From: Vulcanimicrobiota bacterium
GTDB lineage: Bacteria > Vulcanimicrobiota > Vulcanimicrobiia > Vulcanimicrobiales > Vulcanimicrobiaceae
NCBI GenBank assembly: GCA_963733295.1
Contig: CAVTCS010000003.1
Location: 1,632,001 to 1,696,000 of the forward strand
Length of the DNA: 64,000 bases
Direction of reading: 5' to 3'
Part shown: positions 1-10,027 of the stretch, one piece after another
Numbering within the stretch: the stretch's first letter is position 1
Layout: each line of letters opens with the position of its first letter
Made by a program: the position numbers and the translations under genes
The notes under the pieces: generated by a model
The model's input: only the letters and a program-made list of their open reading frames with translations
What the model was told of the DNA's origin: nothing
Databases searched by the model: none

Positions 1-16
1 CGCGAGGACTGACGCG

Positions 17-517
17 CTACCAGCTTTGCCGAGTAAGCGGCTCGTCGAGCTCAAGATGCCCTCCCGGAAGCGTAGGAACGCGCGCGCCGCCTATCTCGAT
101 TTGGACCGCGTCGATGCCGGGCAACGCGGTTAAAGTCCAGACGAGAGCTTTAAACTCGCCGCTTTCGGCAAAGCTTCCGCCGCCGTTAGCCGCGAAATCG
201 CCGCTCAGGTCGACGGTGACCGTCTTCCCTGCAACGACGACGCTGCGCGCGATCGTTCCCGGAGGAAAGCGAATCGCTTCGACGTCCGGAGGCGGTCCAA
301 CGAGCGCTTGCGCCGTCGCGTAACGCGCCAACTGGTTCACCTCGCGCGGCGTGCCGATGGAAATGTTCCAAGGAACCAGCGTTTGACCGTCGGTTTTGCA
401 ATAGTAAACGGCAATCGTGTTCCCGGTCGCTTGACCGGCCGGTTTGGCGAAGAAACGGTATCCTGCATACGCGGCCAGGCAAAGCAGCGCGACGAGAACC
501 AGCGCGCGCGGCCTCAT
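17..517 (-). CDS. GerMN domain-containing protein
   Basis: N-terminal TM/signal; 'VDLSGDF..GGGS..E...LVWTLTALPGIDAVQIEIGG' is typical of GerMN. Confidence 0.85.
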   Translation of the reverse strand: MRPRALVLVALLCLAAYAGYRFFAKPAGQATGNTIAVYYCKTDGQTLVPWNISIGTPREVNQLARYATAQALVGPPPDVEAIRFPPGTIARSVVVAGKTVTVDLSGDFAANGGGSFAESGEFKALVWTLTALPGIDAVQIEIGGARVPTLPGGHLELDEPLTRQSW

Positions 518-559
518 TGACCGGCGAAGTTCGCTGCGGCGGCGGCCGCCCCCCGTTCG

Positions 560-802
560 CTACTGCAAGTAGCGTTCGACGGTCTCTTCGTCGCGCAAAG
601 CCGTCGCGCGTTCGTCCTGACCGAATTCCCGGCGCGCGCGCCTCTGGCGCAGCAAGTCGTAGTAGCGATCGAGTTGCACGTTGACCTCGGCGAGCCTCGC
701 CCGTTCGTCTTCACCGAGCGGGTGGTCCTCGGCCAGCTCGAGCAAACGATGTTCCTCGGCGACGAGCTCTTCGATATGCTGATGGATCGACGGATCTTTC
801 AT
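560..802 (-). CDS. DUF2630 family protein
   Basis: 80 aa; 'IHQHIEELVAEEHRL...LDRYYDLLRQRRARREFG...VERYLQ'. Confidence 0.85.
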   Translation of the reverse strand: MKDPSIHQHIEELVAEEHRLLELAEDHPLGEDERARLAEVNVQLDRYYDLLRQRRARREFGQDERATALRDEETVERYLQ

Positions 803-838
803 CGGACGTCCTTCTTCGTTCCCGCGCCGCGACTCGCT

Positions 839-1660
839 CTAACGCGCGCCTTCGAACTCGGCGAGCAGACGTGCGGCGTTTCCGCGCAGGATCAAGTCGA
901 GCTGTGAAGCTTCGAGCCCGAGCGCGGCGAGACCGTCCCGTTCGCGCGAGTAAGGGTACGGAACGTTCGGAAAGTCACTCCCGTAGAGGATGCGCGAAGG
1001 AAAGCGACCCGGCGCGGCGGCCGCGGCCGGCATTTCGAGCGGTGAACCGCGCGCGAAGATCATCGTTGTGTCCAGATACAAGGACTGGTAACGCTCGAAG
1101 AGCTCGCCGTACGCTTGCGTATCTGGGACTCCCATGTGCGCGACGACGTACGTCAAGCCCGGATGACGCGCCAGCACGTCCTCGACGCGCCGGGCTCCTT
1201 CTCCCGGCAGGTAGCGCCACGGGATCGGACCGACGTGCGCGACGACGAAGCCGCGCCGCGCTGCGATGCGCTCGTACGCCGGATCGAAGCGCGGATCGTC
1301 GAGCTTCAAGTGCTGGACGTCCTCGTGAATCTTGATCCCCGCGCAGCCCGCCTCCAGCGCGCGATCCAAGTCATCGAGATAGAGCGGATCGTCGAGGTGG
1401 ATCGTAGCGAGGGGAACGCCCACGCCGCCCAGTTCGCGCGCCGTCTGAACCAGCCAAGCGTTGATGTCGCGCGCCATTCCCGGCCGGTGCGCGTAGCTGA
1501 AAAACACGAAGCGCTCGACACCCGCGGCGGCGAGCGCCCGGGCTACCTCGCGAGGTTCGGAGGGTTGGTTCTCGATCTTCCAATCGCTGTGCTCGGCGAA
1601 CCAGCGCCGGATCGCCGCGAACAGCCGCGGTGGATGCAGGTGCGTGTGGAAATCGATCAC
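839..1660 (-). CDS. Amidohydrolase family protein (Amidohydro_2)
   Basis: IDFHTH, KIH, VVAHMG and LYGSDFP metal-binding motifs. Confidence 0.9.
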   Translation of the reverse strand: MIDFHTHLHPPRLFAAIRRWFAEHSDWKIENQPSEPREVARALAAAGVERFVFFSYAHRPGMARDINAWLVQTARELGGVGVPLATIHLDDPLYLDDLDRALEAGCAGIKIHEDVQHLKLDDPRFDPAYERIAARRGFVVAHVGPIPWRYLPGEGARRVEDVLARHPGLTYVVAHMGVPDTQAYGELFERYQSLYLDTTMIFARGSPLEMPAAAAAPGRFPSRILYGSDFPNVPYPYSRERDGLAALGLEASQLDLILRGNAARLLAEFEGAR

Positions 1661-1690
1661 GCCGTATTAGTGGCCTGCAACGGAAGGCCA

Positions 1691-2416
1691 CTAGGTGGTC
1701 TCGGGGTCACCCGCAACGCTCCGATAGAGATAACCCGCGATCAACGCGCCGACGATCGGAGCGGCCCAGAAAAGCCAGAGTTGCTCGAGCGCCCACCCGC
1801 CGGTGAAGATGGCCGGACCAGTGGAGCGAGCCGGATTCACCGACGTGTTGGTCACCGGGATGCTGACCAGGTGAATCAACGTCAGCACCAAGCCGATCGC
1901 AATCGGAGCGAGGCCCTTCGGCGCGCGCGCGTCGGTCGAACCGAGAATCACGAACAGAAAACCGCACGTCAGGATCATCTCGGTCAAGAGCGCCGGAACG
2001 ACGCCAAAGCCCCCAGGTGAATGTTCGCCGTAACCGTTCGCCGCGAGTCCCGTCGGCTGGACGTGCCCCGGAACGACCGCGAATTGCGTGATCGCTAGCA
2101 GCACGCCCGAGGCAACGATCGCGCCGGCGACCTGCGCCACGACGTAGGGCAGAATCTCGCGGGCTGGAAAGCGCTTTCCCGCCCAGAGTCCAATCGTTAC
2201 CGCCGGGTTGATATGACAGCCGGAGATGTGACCGATCGCGAACGCCATCGTCAGCAGCGTCAAGCCGAATGCGAGAGCGACGCCGGCAAAGCCGATGCCA
2301 ACCGGAACGCCGTTCGGGGTGAGAAAAACCGCGGCGAGCACGGCGCTGCCGGTACCGCAAAAAACGAGCCAAAACGTGCCGATCGCTTCGGCAGCGCAAC
2401 GTCGACTAAGCGGCAT
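1691..2416 (-). CDS. aqpZ: Aquaporin Z
   Basis: Two NPA motifs ([14 protein letters not shown]), six TM helices; start placed at ATG of MPLSRR. Confidence 0.95.
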   Translation of the reverse strand: MPLSRRCAAEAIGTFWLVFCGTGSAVLAAVFLTPNGVPVGIGFAGVALAFGLTLLTMAFAIGHISGCHINPAVTIGLWAGKRFPAREILPYVVAQVAGAIVASGVLLAITQFAVVPGHVQPTGLAANGYGEHSPGGFGVVPALLTEMILTCGFLFVILGSTDARAPKGLAPIAIGLVLTLIHLVSIPVTNTSVNPARSTGPAIFTGGWALEQLWLFWAAPIVGALIAGYLYRSVAGDPETT

Positions 2417-2544
2417 GATGGCAGAACCTCCCACTTCTCAAGCAGGAGGTGCTTCGAACCGCTGCTCTCCCATCCCCTCGAACCAGGCGAGCAATCTTGA
2501 CGGGTCAAACACGAGCGCGCGCAGTCTTAGGTTGAGGAGGCGCT

Positions 2545-3729
2545 GTGGAACCGGTTCAATTTCACGTCACGGAGGTCGTGCTTTTCCTCGCGGCGGCGCT
2601 CTTCATCGGAATCGTTGCCGAACGCATCCGCATTCCGTACAGCGTCGCCTTACTGCTCGCAGCGACGCCGCTCGAGCTCAAGGGAATCGAGCAGCACTTC
2701 GTCTCGTCGCTGCTCTTCATTTTTCTTCCCGCTCTGATCTTCGAAGCTGCTTGGAACGTCGACACGCCGCTGCTCCGCAAGAATTGGCGCCCGGTGCTAC
2801 TCATGGCGGTGCCCGGTGTCGGCTTGACGGCGCTCCTGGTTGGGCTCGGGCTTTCGCTCTTCAATCTGCTCCCGTTCTTGCCGGCCCTTTTGCTCGGTGC
2901 GATTTTGGCGGCGACCGATCCGGTTGCGGTCATCCCAATCATGAAGCGGCTCAACGTGCCGCACGAACTGGCGACCATCATCGAAGGCGAGTCGCTGCTC
3001 AACGACGGCTTTGCTATCGTTCTCTATACTTCGCTCATCGCCGTCGTGGGCTCGGGTAAACCGCTTTCCGGCTTCGAGTTCGTAGGCAAAACCTTCTTGG
3101 TCGGCGGCGGCGGATTGTTGATCGGATGCGTTACCGCCGGCGTCATAGCGTTCGTCTTGCGCGCGACCAAGGACATGCGGCTGTACTTCGTCGCCAGTGT
3201 CGTAACCGTCTACGTGAGCTACCTCGGGGCCGAAATGGTTCACATGTCGGGAATCTTCGCGGTCGTCGCATCGGGCATCGTGCTGCGCCTGCGGACCCGC
3301 TTTCCAGCTGACGCGGATGCGGACGAGATCGGCACGCTGTGGGCGGCGGTGGCGTTTTTCGCGAACACCATCGTCTTCATCTTGATGGGAATTCGAATTA
3401 ACTTCGACCGGGTTCTGCACGAACCGGTGCTGATGCTGGCGACAGCCGCATTCGTAACGCTGGGGCGCCTCTTCTTGTCCTACGTTGCCTTCCCGCTGAC
3501 GAAACCCGGCGCCCCGCCCGCCTGGCGGCACGTCATCGCGTTGTCGGGGATGCGCGGCGCTCTCTCGATCGCATTGGCTCTCAACCTTCCGGACTCCGTG
3601 ACGTTCCGGCCGCAGATCATCGATGCAACCTTCGGCGTCGTGCTGATCACGCTCGTCGCCCAAGGGCTCTCGCTCGGACCAGTGCTCGGCAAACTGCGTC
3701 CACGCCTCGTGCCGGCCGGCGCGTACTAG
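2545..3729 (+). CDS. CPA1 family cation:proton antiporter
   Basis: ATDPVAV, IEGESLLNDG and GMRGALS motifs; many TM helices. Confidence 0.92.
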   Translation: MEPVQFHVTEVVLFLAAALFIGIVAERIRIPYSVALLLAATPLELKGIEQHFVSSLLFIFLPALIFEAAWNVDTPLLRKNWRPVLLMAVPGVGLTALLVGLGLSLFNLLPFLPALLLGAILAATDPVAVIPIMKRLNVPHELATIIEGESLLNDGFAIVLYTSLIAVVGSGKPLSGFEFVGKTFLVGGGGLLIGCVTAGVIAFVLRATKDMRLYFVASVVTVYVSYLGAEMVHMSGIFAVVASGIVLRLRTRFPADADADEIGTLWAAVAFFANTIVFILMGIRINFDRVLHEPVLMLATAAFVTLGRLFLSYVAFPLTKPGAPPAWRHVIALSGMRGALSIALALNLPDSVTFRPQIIDATFGVVLITLVAQGLSLGPVLGKLRPRLVPAGAY

Positions 3730-3850
3730 TGCGCGAAGCTCGACTCGCGGCGGCTCGCGGCAAGCATCGCCAAGGCGTCGTAAGGGGCACCTCAGAGAAA
3801 AAGCACGGCCGCGAGCGACTTACCCTGTATACGGCGAGCCTCCGATAGCG

Positions 3851-3856
3851 TAAGCT
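3851..3856 (+). promoter_or_regulatory. Possible -10 element (TAAGCT) giving a leaderless helicase mRNA
   Basis: TANNNT hexamer 6 nt upstream of GTG 3863; no SD seen. Confidence 0.35.
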
Positions 3857-3862
3857 GTCCCG

Positions 3863-5104
3863 GTGCCATTTGACGACTTTGGTCTGAGCCCGGCGTTGCG
3901 CCGCAATCTGGAGCGGCTGAACTTCAGCGTGCCTACGCCGATCCAGCGAGACGCGATCCCGCCCGCGCTGGCCGGCCACGACGTGCTCGCCTGCGCGATG
4001 ACCGGCAGCGGCAAGACCGCGGCTTTCGGCTTGCCCTCGATCGAGCGGCTTTCGCGAGAACCGAAGAAGCGCGGTCCGCGCGCGCTGGTCTTGACGCCGA
4101 CGCGCGAGCTTGCCGCGCAAGTGACCGAACACCTCGCCCATTTAGCCCGCGGAACGGGCTTGCGCGTTGCCGCTCTGTACGGCGGCGTTCCAGCGGCCGC
4201 GCAAGAGCGCGATCTGCGCGCCGGCGTCGAAATCATCGTCGCGACGCCGGGCCGCCTCCTCGATCATCTCCGTCAGCCGTATGCAAAGCTCGACGCGGTC
4301 GAGATCTTGATCCTCGACGAGGCCGATCGCATGCTGGACATGGGCTTCTTACCCGATGTCCGGCGCATCGTCGCGCGCGTACCGAAACAGCGCCAAACGT
4401 TGTTGTTCTCGGCAACCTTGCCCAAACCGATCGTCGCACTCTCGCAAGAGATGATGCGCCGGCCGGTTTCGATCGACGTCGCGCGTCCCTCCACACCCGC
4501 GACAGGCCTCACGCAATTCGTCTATCCCGTCGCCCAGGAGTTGAAGTCTTCACTTCTCGTCGAGCTCCTAGCACGCGGCACGGTCAAGAGCGCCATCGCT
4601 TTCACGCGCACGAAACACCGCGCCAACCGCCTCGCGCAGTTCCTCGTCGCGAACGGTGTCAACGCCGAGCGAATCCATGGCAATCGCTCGCAAACGCAGC
4701 GCACGCAAGCGCTCGAGAATTTCAAGAGCGGCCGGCATCAAGTGCTGGTCGCAACCGACATCGCCGCACGCGGCATCGACATCACGGCGCTCGGTCACGT
4801 GGTCAACTTCGACGTACCCGTCGCACCGGACGAATACGTCCATCGCGTCGGCCGCACGGCGCGGGCCGAACGGAGCGGCGAGGCGATCACCTTCGTTGCC
4901 CCCGACGAAGAGCCGTTGATCCGCGCGATCGAACGCAACATTTCGACCCGGCTCGAGCGCGTGAAACTCGACGCGTTCGACTACGCTCGCAAGCCCGCGG
5001 GCAAGCTCGAAGTGCCGCTCGCCGAACGGCTGGCGGCGATTCGCGCAACCCGCAGGCCGCGCCGCATCCCGGCTCGGAAGCCCGGTGCGAAGCCCTCGCG
5101 CTAG
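3863..5104 (+). CDS. DEAD-box RNA helicase (RhlE-like)
   Basis: Q motif [32 protein letters not shown]. Confidence 0.95.
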   Translation: MPFDDFGLSPALRRNLERLNFSVPTPIQRDAIPPALAGHDVLACAMTGSGKTAAFGLPSIERLSREPKKRGPRALVLTPTRELAAQVTEHLAHLARGTGLRVAALYGGVPAAAQERDLRAGVEIIVATPGRLLDHLRQPYAKLDAVEILILDEADRMLDMGFLPDVRRIVARVPKQRQTLLFSATLPKPIVALSQEMMRRPVSIDVARPSTPATGLTQFVYPVAQELKSSLLVELLARGTVKSAIAFTRTKHRANRLAQFLVANGVNAERIHGNRSQTQRTQALENFKSGRHQVLVATDIAARGIDITALGHVVNFDVPVAPDEYVHRVGRTARAERSGEAITFVAPDEEPLIRAIERNISTRLERVKLDAFDYARKPAGKLEVPLAERLAAIRATRRPRRIPARKPGAKPSR

Positions 5105-5391
5105 GTCGAACGCCGGGCTTCGCCGGCCCGGTAGCGGTAGACGATGCGACCCTTCGTCAGGTCGTATGGGGAGAGTTCGAGATCGACCCGGTCGCCTGGA
5201 AGAATCTTGATGCGGTGGCGGCGGAGCCGGCCCGCGATGTGGGCGAGGATCGTGTGCCCGTTTTCCAACTCGACCGCGAAGGTCGTACTCGGAAATACTT
5301 GCTTTATTGTGCCGAAAACTTCAAGGGGCGCCTCTTTTGAGGGCTCAGTCGCGGGACGCGGGCCCCGCGCTGTGAAGGTACCGCGGGCTAT
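5101..5391 (-). CDS. infA: Translation initiation factor IF-1 (absent from ORF track; non-canonical ATA start or a 1-nt error)
   Basis: Manual translation: ..[69 protein letters not shown]..; no in-frame ATG/GTG/TTG between the upstream TGA and the domain. Confidence 0.93.
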   Translation of the reverse strand: MARGTFTARGPRPATEPSKEAPLEVFGTIKQVFPSTTFAVELENGHTILAHIAGRLRRHRIKILPGDRVDLELSPYDLTKGRIVYRYRAGEARRST

Positions 5392-5420
5392 GACAAACTC
5401 TTCGTGAAATGCATGTCCTC

Positions 5421-5426
5421 ATTATA
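5421..5426 (-). promoter_or_regulatory. Consensus -10 element TATAAT upstream of the infA locus
   Basis: Perfect TATAAT on the minus strand, 6 nt before ATG 5414, in a GC-rich genome. Confidence 0.6.
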
Positions 5427-5558
5427 TGCCATGCCGTCTAGGCCGAAAAGGTCTAAAGGGCACCCAAGCCGTTTGAGGGGTGTGCGCGAGCTAACAATCG
5501 ACCTGGCGGCACGGACGCCGAGCGGTGAGCGGCAACCGCTTCTCCCAAAGAAGAACTC

Positions 5559-7646
5559 TTGAACAACTCATCCCTACCCACCGCGTGCGTCGGTCCCTTC
5601 GTCCTCAGCTTTGAAGAGGTGGGCGCACGCCTCGACAAGTTGGAGGCGATCCGGCCCCTCGGGTCGCCGGCGCGTCCGCAAACCCGCCCCCCGAGGCTAT
5701 TCGTCGGACGTGCCGCCGCGCTCGAAGCCGCACGCGCCTTCCGGCCTGGCCGGAGCGCGGGTCTCGCGTTCGTCGGACCGGCCGGCTCCGGCAAAACGGC
5801 GCTCTTGGAACAGCTCGCTGCCGACCCGGTTTTGCGCGAACGCTTCGACCTTTTCGTGCGGGTACGCGTGGCGGGACAGCCGTGGGACGACGTTTTGGCG
5901 CAAATCTTTCGCGCGCTCCATCCCGGCGGTGAGCCCCCGCAGCTTCCCGCTTCGAACGATTGGGTGGAGGAGCTGCGCAATCAGCGCGTCGGTTTAGCGC
6001 TCGACGATGCGGAAGCGCCGTTCGAGCTCGAGCGTTTAATGCGGCTCGTTCCCGAAGCGCTGATCTTTGCGACCGCGACCGAACCCCTCCCCGCGCTCAC
6101 GACCTTCCGGCTGGCAGCGCTCAGCGAAAAGGACGCGACCTGGCTCCTCTGCACCGCGCACCCCATGTCGTGGAGCGAAATGGAGCCGGCTCGGACGCTG
6201 GCGCACGCGGCTGGCGGCAACCCGTTGCGCGTCAAACAGATCGCGGCACTCGCTTCGAGCCATCCGGTCGCGCAGCTGGCAAATACGGTAACGTCGCCGG
6301 CCACTCTCGACGGTTTTCTCGGCGACGCGATCCTTCGGCTCGATGCGCGGCAGCGCAGCCTGCTCGATGCGATCGGCATCTTCGGCACGGCGGCGATCGA
6401 CAAAGACGATCCCGGCGCTCGGAAACTCGCGAGCGAGGGCCTGGTCATCGAGCGCGAGGACGGTTGGCGCATCGCACCCGCACTCGCGGCGCGATATGAA
6501 GCTCCCGAAGAGTTTGTCTTCCGCGGCGCGCTCAACTCGTGCGCGCCGACGCTGGCGGGCACGATCGCAACGACGAAAGATCCAAGCCGCTTGCAGCCCG
6601 TCGTCGCCGCGACCAAACGCGCGGGCGAACTCGATCGATTCGGCGACGTGATCGACCTCGGAAAATCGACCGGTAACGCGCTCGCGCGGTGCGGCGCGTG
6701 GAATCAGTGGCGCACGGTGCTGGATTTGGTTTCGGCTGCAGCCGGACGCACCGGCGCTGACGGCGTACAATCGTGGGTCTTGCACCAATCGGGAACGCGT
6801 CTCGCGTGTCTCGGTCAAACTTCGGACGCACAGTCGATGCTGCGCGCCGCGCTGGCGCGTCGCCGGGCGGCCCGCGATGCAGCCGCGATGCGCTTGACCG
6901 AACACAACCTCGGCGTCATCGGTGGTAATACCGGCAAGGCCAGGATCGTCGCCGGCGCGGTAACTGCGACGGCGGCGGCAGCGGTGATCGTGCTCGGCGC
7001 GACCTTCGCACTGCGTCCCCACGCCGCGGCCGGCATCGCCGACCGTCCGGCGAGCGCGGCGACCGAACGCATCGCCAGCGCGGAACCGATCGCGCAAGAA
7101 ACGCTTCCGCATTCGCACCCGCGCGAGAACAAAGCCACGCACCGCAAACTACCGGCCCACAAGGCGCAAGTCGTTGCGGCGGCTCCCGCGCCGACGCTCG
7201 CTCCTACTCCCCGGCCCGCGCCGAGCGCGCACCCTTCGCCGTCGGCGGCGGCGCGAGCGACCTCGCAGCCTTCAGCCAAGCCGCGCACTCCGGAGAAGGC
7301 GCGTACGGTCGCGTTGGCACCCGCTGAGCCGCCACATTATACGAAGCCCGAGATCCTGGCCTTCGGCGCCACGCGCACGCTGCTGACCGCGGGTGGCACG
7401 ACGCACCTGTGCATGAGCGTGCGGGACGCGACGCGGGTGCGTTTGACGGCGACCTCGGCAGCGCAAACGCGCGACCTGCCTATTCCCCAGGCGGTCCGCC
7501 AAGGCAAGACCGCCTGCATCAGGATCGCTCCAAAAACGGCCACGCGCTACGCGCTCCACGCGAGCTCCGGCCCGCTGCAAGCCTTCCGTATCCTCGCCAT
7601 CGACGTCTTCCAGGCGCCCGCGCCGGATACGACGGCTACTCCCTAA
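5559..7646 (+). CDS. STAND/NB-ARC-like ATPase with TPR-like region, TM helix and Pro/Ala-rich C-terminal region
   Basis: FVGR, GPAGSGKT Walker A, LALDDAE Walker B, GGNPL GxP motif; hydrophobic stretch near aa 465-485; start uncertain. Confidence 0.75.
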   Translation: MNNSSLPTACVGPFVLSFEEVGARLDKLEAIRPLGSPARPQTRPPRLFVGRAAALEAARAFRPGRSAGLAFVGPAGSGKTALLEQLAADPVLRERFDLFVRVRVAGQPWDDVLAQIFRALHPGGEPPQLPASNDWVEELRNQRVGLALDDAEAPFELERLMRLVPEALIFATATEPLPALTTFRLAALSEKDATWLLCTAHPMSWSEMEPARTLAHAAGGNPLRVKQIAALASSHPVAQLANTVTSPATLDGFLGDAILRLDARQRSLLDAIGIFGTAAIDKDDPGARKLASEGLVIEREDGWRIAPALAARYEAPEEFVFRGALNSCAPTLAGTIATTKDPSRLQPVVAATKRAGELDRFGDVIDLGKSTGNALARCGAWNQWRTVLDLVSAAAGRTGADGVQSWVLHQSGTRLACLGQTSDAQSMLRAALARRRAARDAAAMRLTEHNLGVIGGNTGKARIVAGAVTATAAAAVIVLGATFALRPHAAAGIADRPASAATERIASAEPIAQETLPHSHPRENKATHRKLPAHKAQVVAAAPAPTLAPTPRPAPSAHPSPSAAARATSQPSAKPRTPEKARTVALAPAEPPHYTKPEILAFGATRTLLTAGGTTHLCMSVRDATRVRLTATSAAQTRDLPIPQAVRQGKTACIRIAPKTATRYALHASSGPLQAFRILAIDVFQAPAPDTTATP

Positions 7647-7710
7647 GAAGCGGCCCGATTCCGGCGAATGATGCCGGAGCGCACACAAGCCGGTCAGCGA
7701 GGGAGCATCG

Positions 7711-8055
7711 ATGGCGATCGAACTCGGTTACCTCACGCTTTCGGTCAAAGAACTCGAGGGGGCCAAAAAGTTCTACGGCGCACTGTTCGGTTGGGAGTTT
7801 GAGCCGGGGCTCTCGGGAGCGGGCTACGCTCACGTGAAGAACACCGCCCTGCCGATGGGTTTCACGAGCGACGGAGCGCGTTCGTTCGCGCACCTTTATT
7901 TTCGCGTTCCCGACCTGGCCGCTACGATGGCTCGCGTACGCGAACTGGGCGGAGAAGTCGTAAGCGAATACAGTTCGCCTACCGGGAACGGCGCGCGTTG
8001 TCGCGACGACCAAGAGACCGAGTTTTCGCTTTGGCAACCCGCGCCCGGATTTTAA
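7711..8055 (+). CDS. VOC/glyoxalase family protein
   Basis: 'AKKFYGALFGWEF', 'YFRVPDL...VRELGG', 'CRDDQ'; SD GGGAG. Confidence 0.9.
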   Translation: MAIELGYLTLSVKELEGAKKFYGALFGWEFEPGLSGAGYAHVKNTALPMGFTSDGARSFAHLYFRVPDLAATMARVRELGGEVVSEYSSPTGNGARCRDDQETEFSLWQPAPGF

Positions 8056-8082
8056 CGCCGGCCCGCTAGCGCGCCCGCCCCG

Positions 8083-8622
8083 CTAGGATTGGAGCGCGCG
8101 GGCCGCGTCGTCGGGGAGGTGCGTCGAAAGCAGCAACGTACGGTGCAGCCGGCCATTCCGGTCGAGGATGTAGACGAAGCTGCTGTGAGCGTCAGGGATA
8201 CCCGCTTTATTTTGCTTCGCAGTAACGCCGAAGGCGTGCATCAGTGCGGTGACGTCGGCAGGCGAGCCGCTGGCCATCCGCCAGCGGAGCGGATCCGCCT
8301 TCATCTCGTGCGCGAGCCGCGACATGACGAAGGGCGTGTCGTATCCGGGGTCGAGCGTGATCGTGACGAGCGTGGCCTTCGTTCCGGCGCGTTCGAGTCG
8401 TTGTGCGAGCGTTGCGAACTCTGCATTTGAAATCGGGCAGACGTCGGTGCAGCGCGACGCGACGAAGGTGACCGCCACCGGTTGACCCTTGAGGTCGGCG
8501 AGCGTAAACGAGACACCGCGCTGGTCGACGAGCGGGATCGCGCGGGGGTCCTGTGCGGCGTGCGCGATCGCGCCGCACAGCAGCGTCAGGGCGACGGCCA
8601 GCGCCGCCCGCGCGTGCTTCAA
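8083..8622 (-). CDS. SCO family copper chaperone
   Basis: CTDVC (CxxxC), ITLDPGYDT, conserved His in AHSS. Confidence 0.9.
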   Translation of the reverse strand: MKHARAALAVALTLLCGAIAHAAQDPRAIPLVDQRGVSFTLADLKGQPVAVTFVASRCTDVCPISNAEFATLAQRLERAGTKATLVTITLDPGYDTPFVMSRLAHEMKADPLRWRMASGSPADVTALMHAFGVTAKQNKAGIPDAHSSFVYILDRNGRLHRTLLLSTHLPDDAARALQS

Positions 8623-8637
8623 CCTCTACTCCGAAGG

Positions 8638-9168
8638 TTAACGATGGACGTTGTACGGGGCGGTCGTCGGCATAGACGTCGGTGCCGGCGTTCCCGTAGT
8701 GGACGCGACCACAAGCTCGAACGTCCCGGAAGCACCGCTGGCACCGTTGTCGGGAACGACGTCGCCGACGCCGGTCGCCTTGTCGGCGGCGTCACCCACA
8801 AACGTGTAGAGTGGTTGGCCGTTGTACGCGAGCTGCATCTGCCCGTTGTCGCTTCGCTTAAAGGACGTAAATCCCGTCGAAAGCGATCCTGAAGGCGCAA
8901 GAACCGCGGGCCAAGCCGAGAGACACCCAGCGGTGCAAACCGACGAGTTGGAGCCGTCGGCGCTGAACGTGTAGACCGGGAACGAGGCCGAATTGACGAA
9001 CGTTCCGACCCCGTCGATCGTTGCCTCCGCGAGCGTGGTGGAAGCGGGCAGTGTCGTCGGCGGCGGTAGTGCGGGCGCCATGTTGCCGCCCCCCATCGAC
9101 GATCCTCCGCCGCTGCAACCGGCGAGAAGCAATGCGAACAGTGCGGACGCAAAGGCTGTATTCTTCAT
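8638..9168 (-). CDS. COG4315-type secreted lipoprotein (Yx(F/W/Y)xxD repeats)
   Basis: Lipobox LAGC; VYTFSAD, C...CLSAWP, QLAYNGQPLYTFVGD; start at MKNTAF with SD GGAG. Confidence 0.85.
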   Translation of the reverse strand: MKNTAFASALFALLLAGCSGGGSSMGGGNMAPALPPPTTLPASTTLAEATIDGVGTFVNSASFPVYTFSADGSNSSVCTAGCLSAWPAVLAPSGSLSTGFTSFKRSDNGQMQLAYNGQPLYTFVGDAADKATGVGDVVPDNGASGASGTFELVVASTTGTPAPTSMPTTAPYNVHR

Positions 9169-9205
9169 CTCCAAAGCGTGCAATACCGAGATGAAAGAAC
9201 TCTGA

Positions 9206-9272
9206 ACGGAGACACCCGGCGTCGGGCAGCATGGTGCAGCCACCAAGCCGCCCGGCACGGGGAATCGTCCGT
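9206..9272 (-). other. About 67-nt intergenic hairpin directly after the cupredoxin stop
   Basis: Nested inverted repeats ACGGA/TCCGT, GGGCGGC/GCTGCCC and TGGTG/CACCA; no U-tract. Confidence 0.45.
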
Positions 9273-9952
9273 TACGTCGAGACTAGTACGTCGCGCATCC
9301 CGTTCGAGTTGTAGTGGTACGCGCATCCGAAGTAGTAGTCGCCGGGCGCGCCGACCGTGAAGACCTGCGACATGTTGCCCTCCAACAGCGTTCCGGTCGA
9401 CCAGGTCAGCGAACTATCGATCGTCGTGCCGCTTTGCGTCGTACCGCTGGTGTTGTCGAACGACGTGGGGAAGCCGCTGGTCCCGAGTCCGGAACCGGTA
9501 TGCGGCGTACCCGTGTCGTCGTTGAGGAAGACCACTTGCGAACCGTGCACCACGGTGACGATGGCAGCGGCGCCGCTGGTCGGCGAGTAGTACCTGACCA
9601 CTCCGAACGTCGGATCGGTCGTCGCGGCGTGGCCGAAGCCGACGTGAATGATCTGCGGCTGCGCGGTTGGCGTGGCTGTTGGAGCCGCGGTCGGCGTAGC
9701 CGTTGCGGCTGGGGTTGGTGTCGGCGTCGCGCCGGTCGCAGTCGGAGTTGCCGTGGGCGTAGGAACGCCGGCCGTCGGCGTGGGTGTGGGAGCGCCGGCT
9801 GTGGCGGTGGCCGTCGCGGTGGCGGTCGGCCGCGCAGTCGGCCGCGTGGGTGCGGCCGGACTGCTGTTCGAGCTGCACGCCGAGAGTAAAGCCAGTGACG
9901 AATACAAAGCCATCAGGACAGGGGCGAGCAAGCGAGGCGACCGAAAGCGCAT
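9272..9952 (-). CDS. Cupredoxin (plastocyanin-like) lipoprotein with Pro/Thr linker
   Basis: Lipobox LSAC, PT repeats, type-1 Cu ligands H (TPHT) and CAYHYNSNGM. Confidence 0.85.
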   Translation of the reverse strand: MRFRSPRLLAPVLMALYSSLALLSACSSNSSPAAPTRPTARPTATATATATAGAPTPTPTAGVPTPTATPTATGATPTPTPAATATPTAAPTATPTAQPQIIHVGFGHAATTDPTFGVVRYYSPTSGAAAIVTVVHGSQVVFLNDDTGTPHTGSGLGTSGFPTSFDNTSGTTQSGTTIDSSLTWSTGTLLEGNMSQVFTVGAPGDYYFGCAYHYNSNGMRDVLVST

Positions 9953-10027
9953 AGTCTCTCCACGGACGAGGGTGACGTCCGCAGCGTAAGCCTCAGAAAT
10001 TAACGAACTCTGAAGATCGAGCTCGAT

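Noticed and set aside
5144..5407. 87-aa plus-strand ORF
   Set aside because: Antisense shadow of infA.
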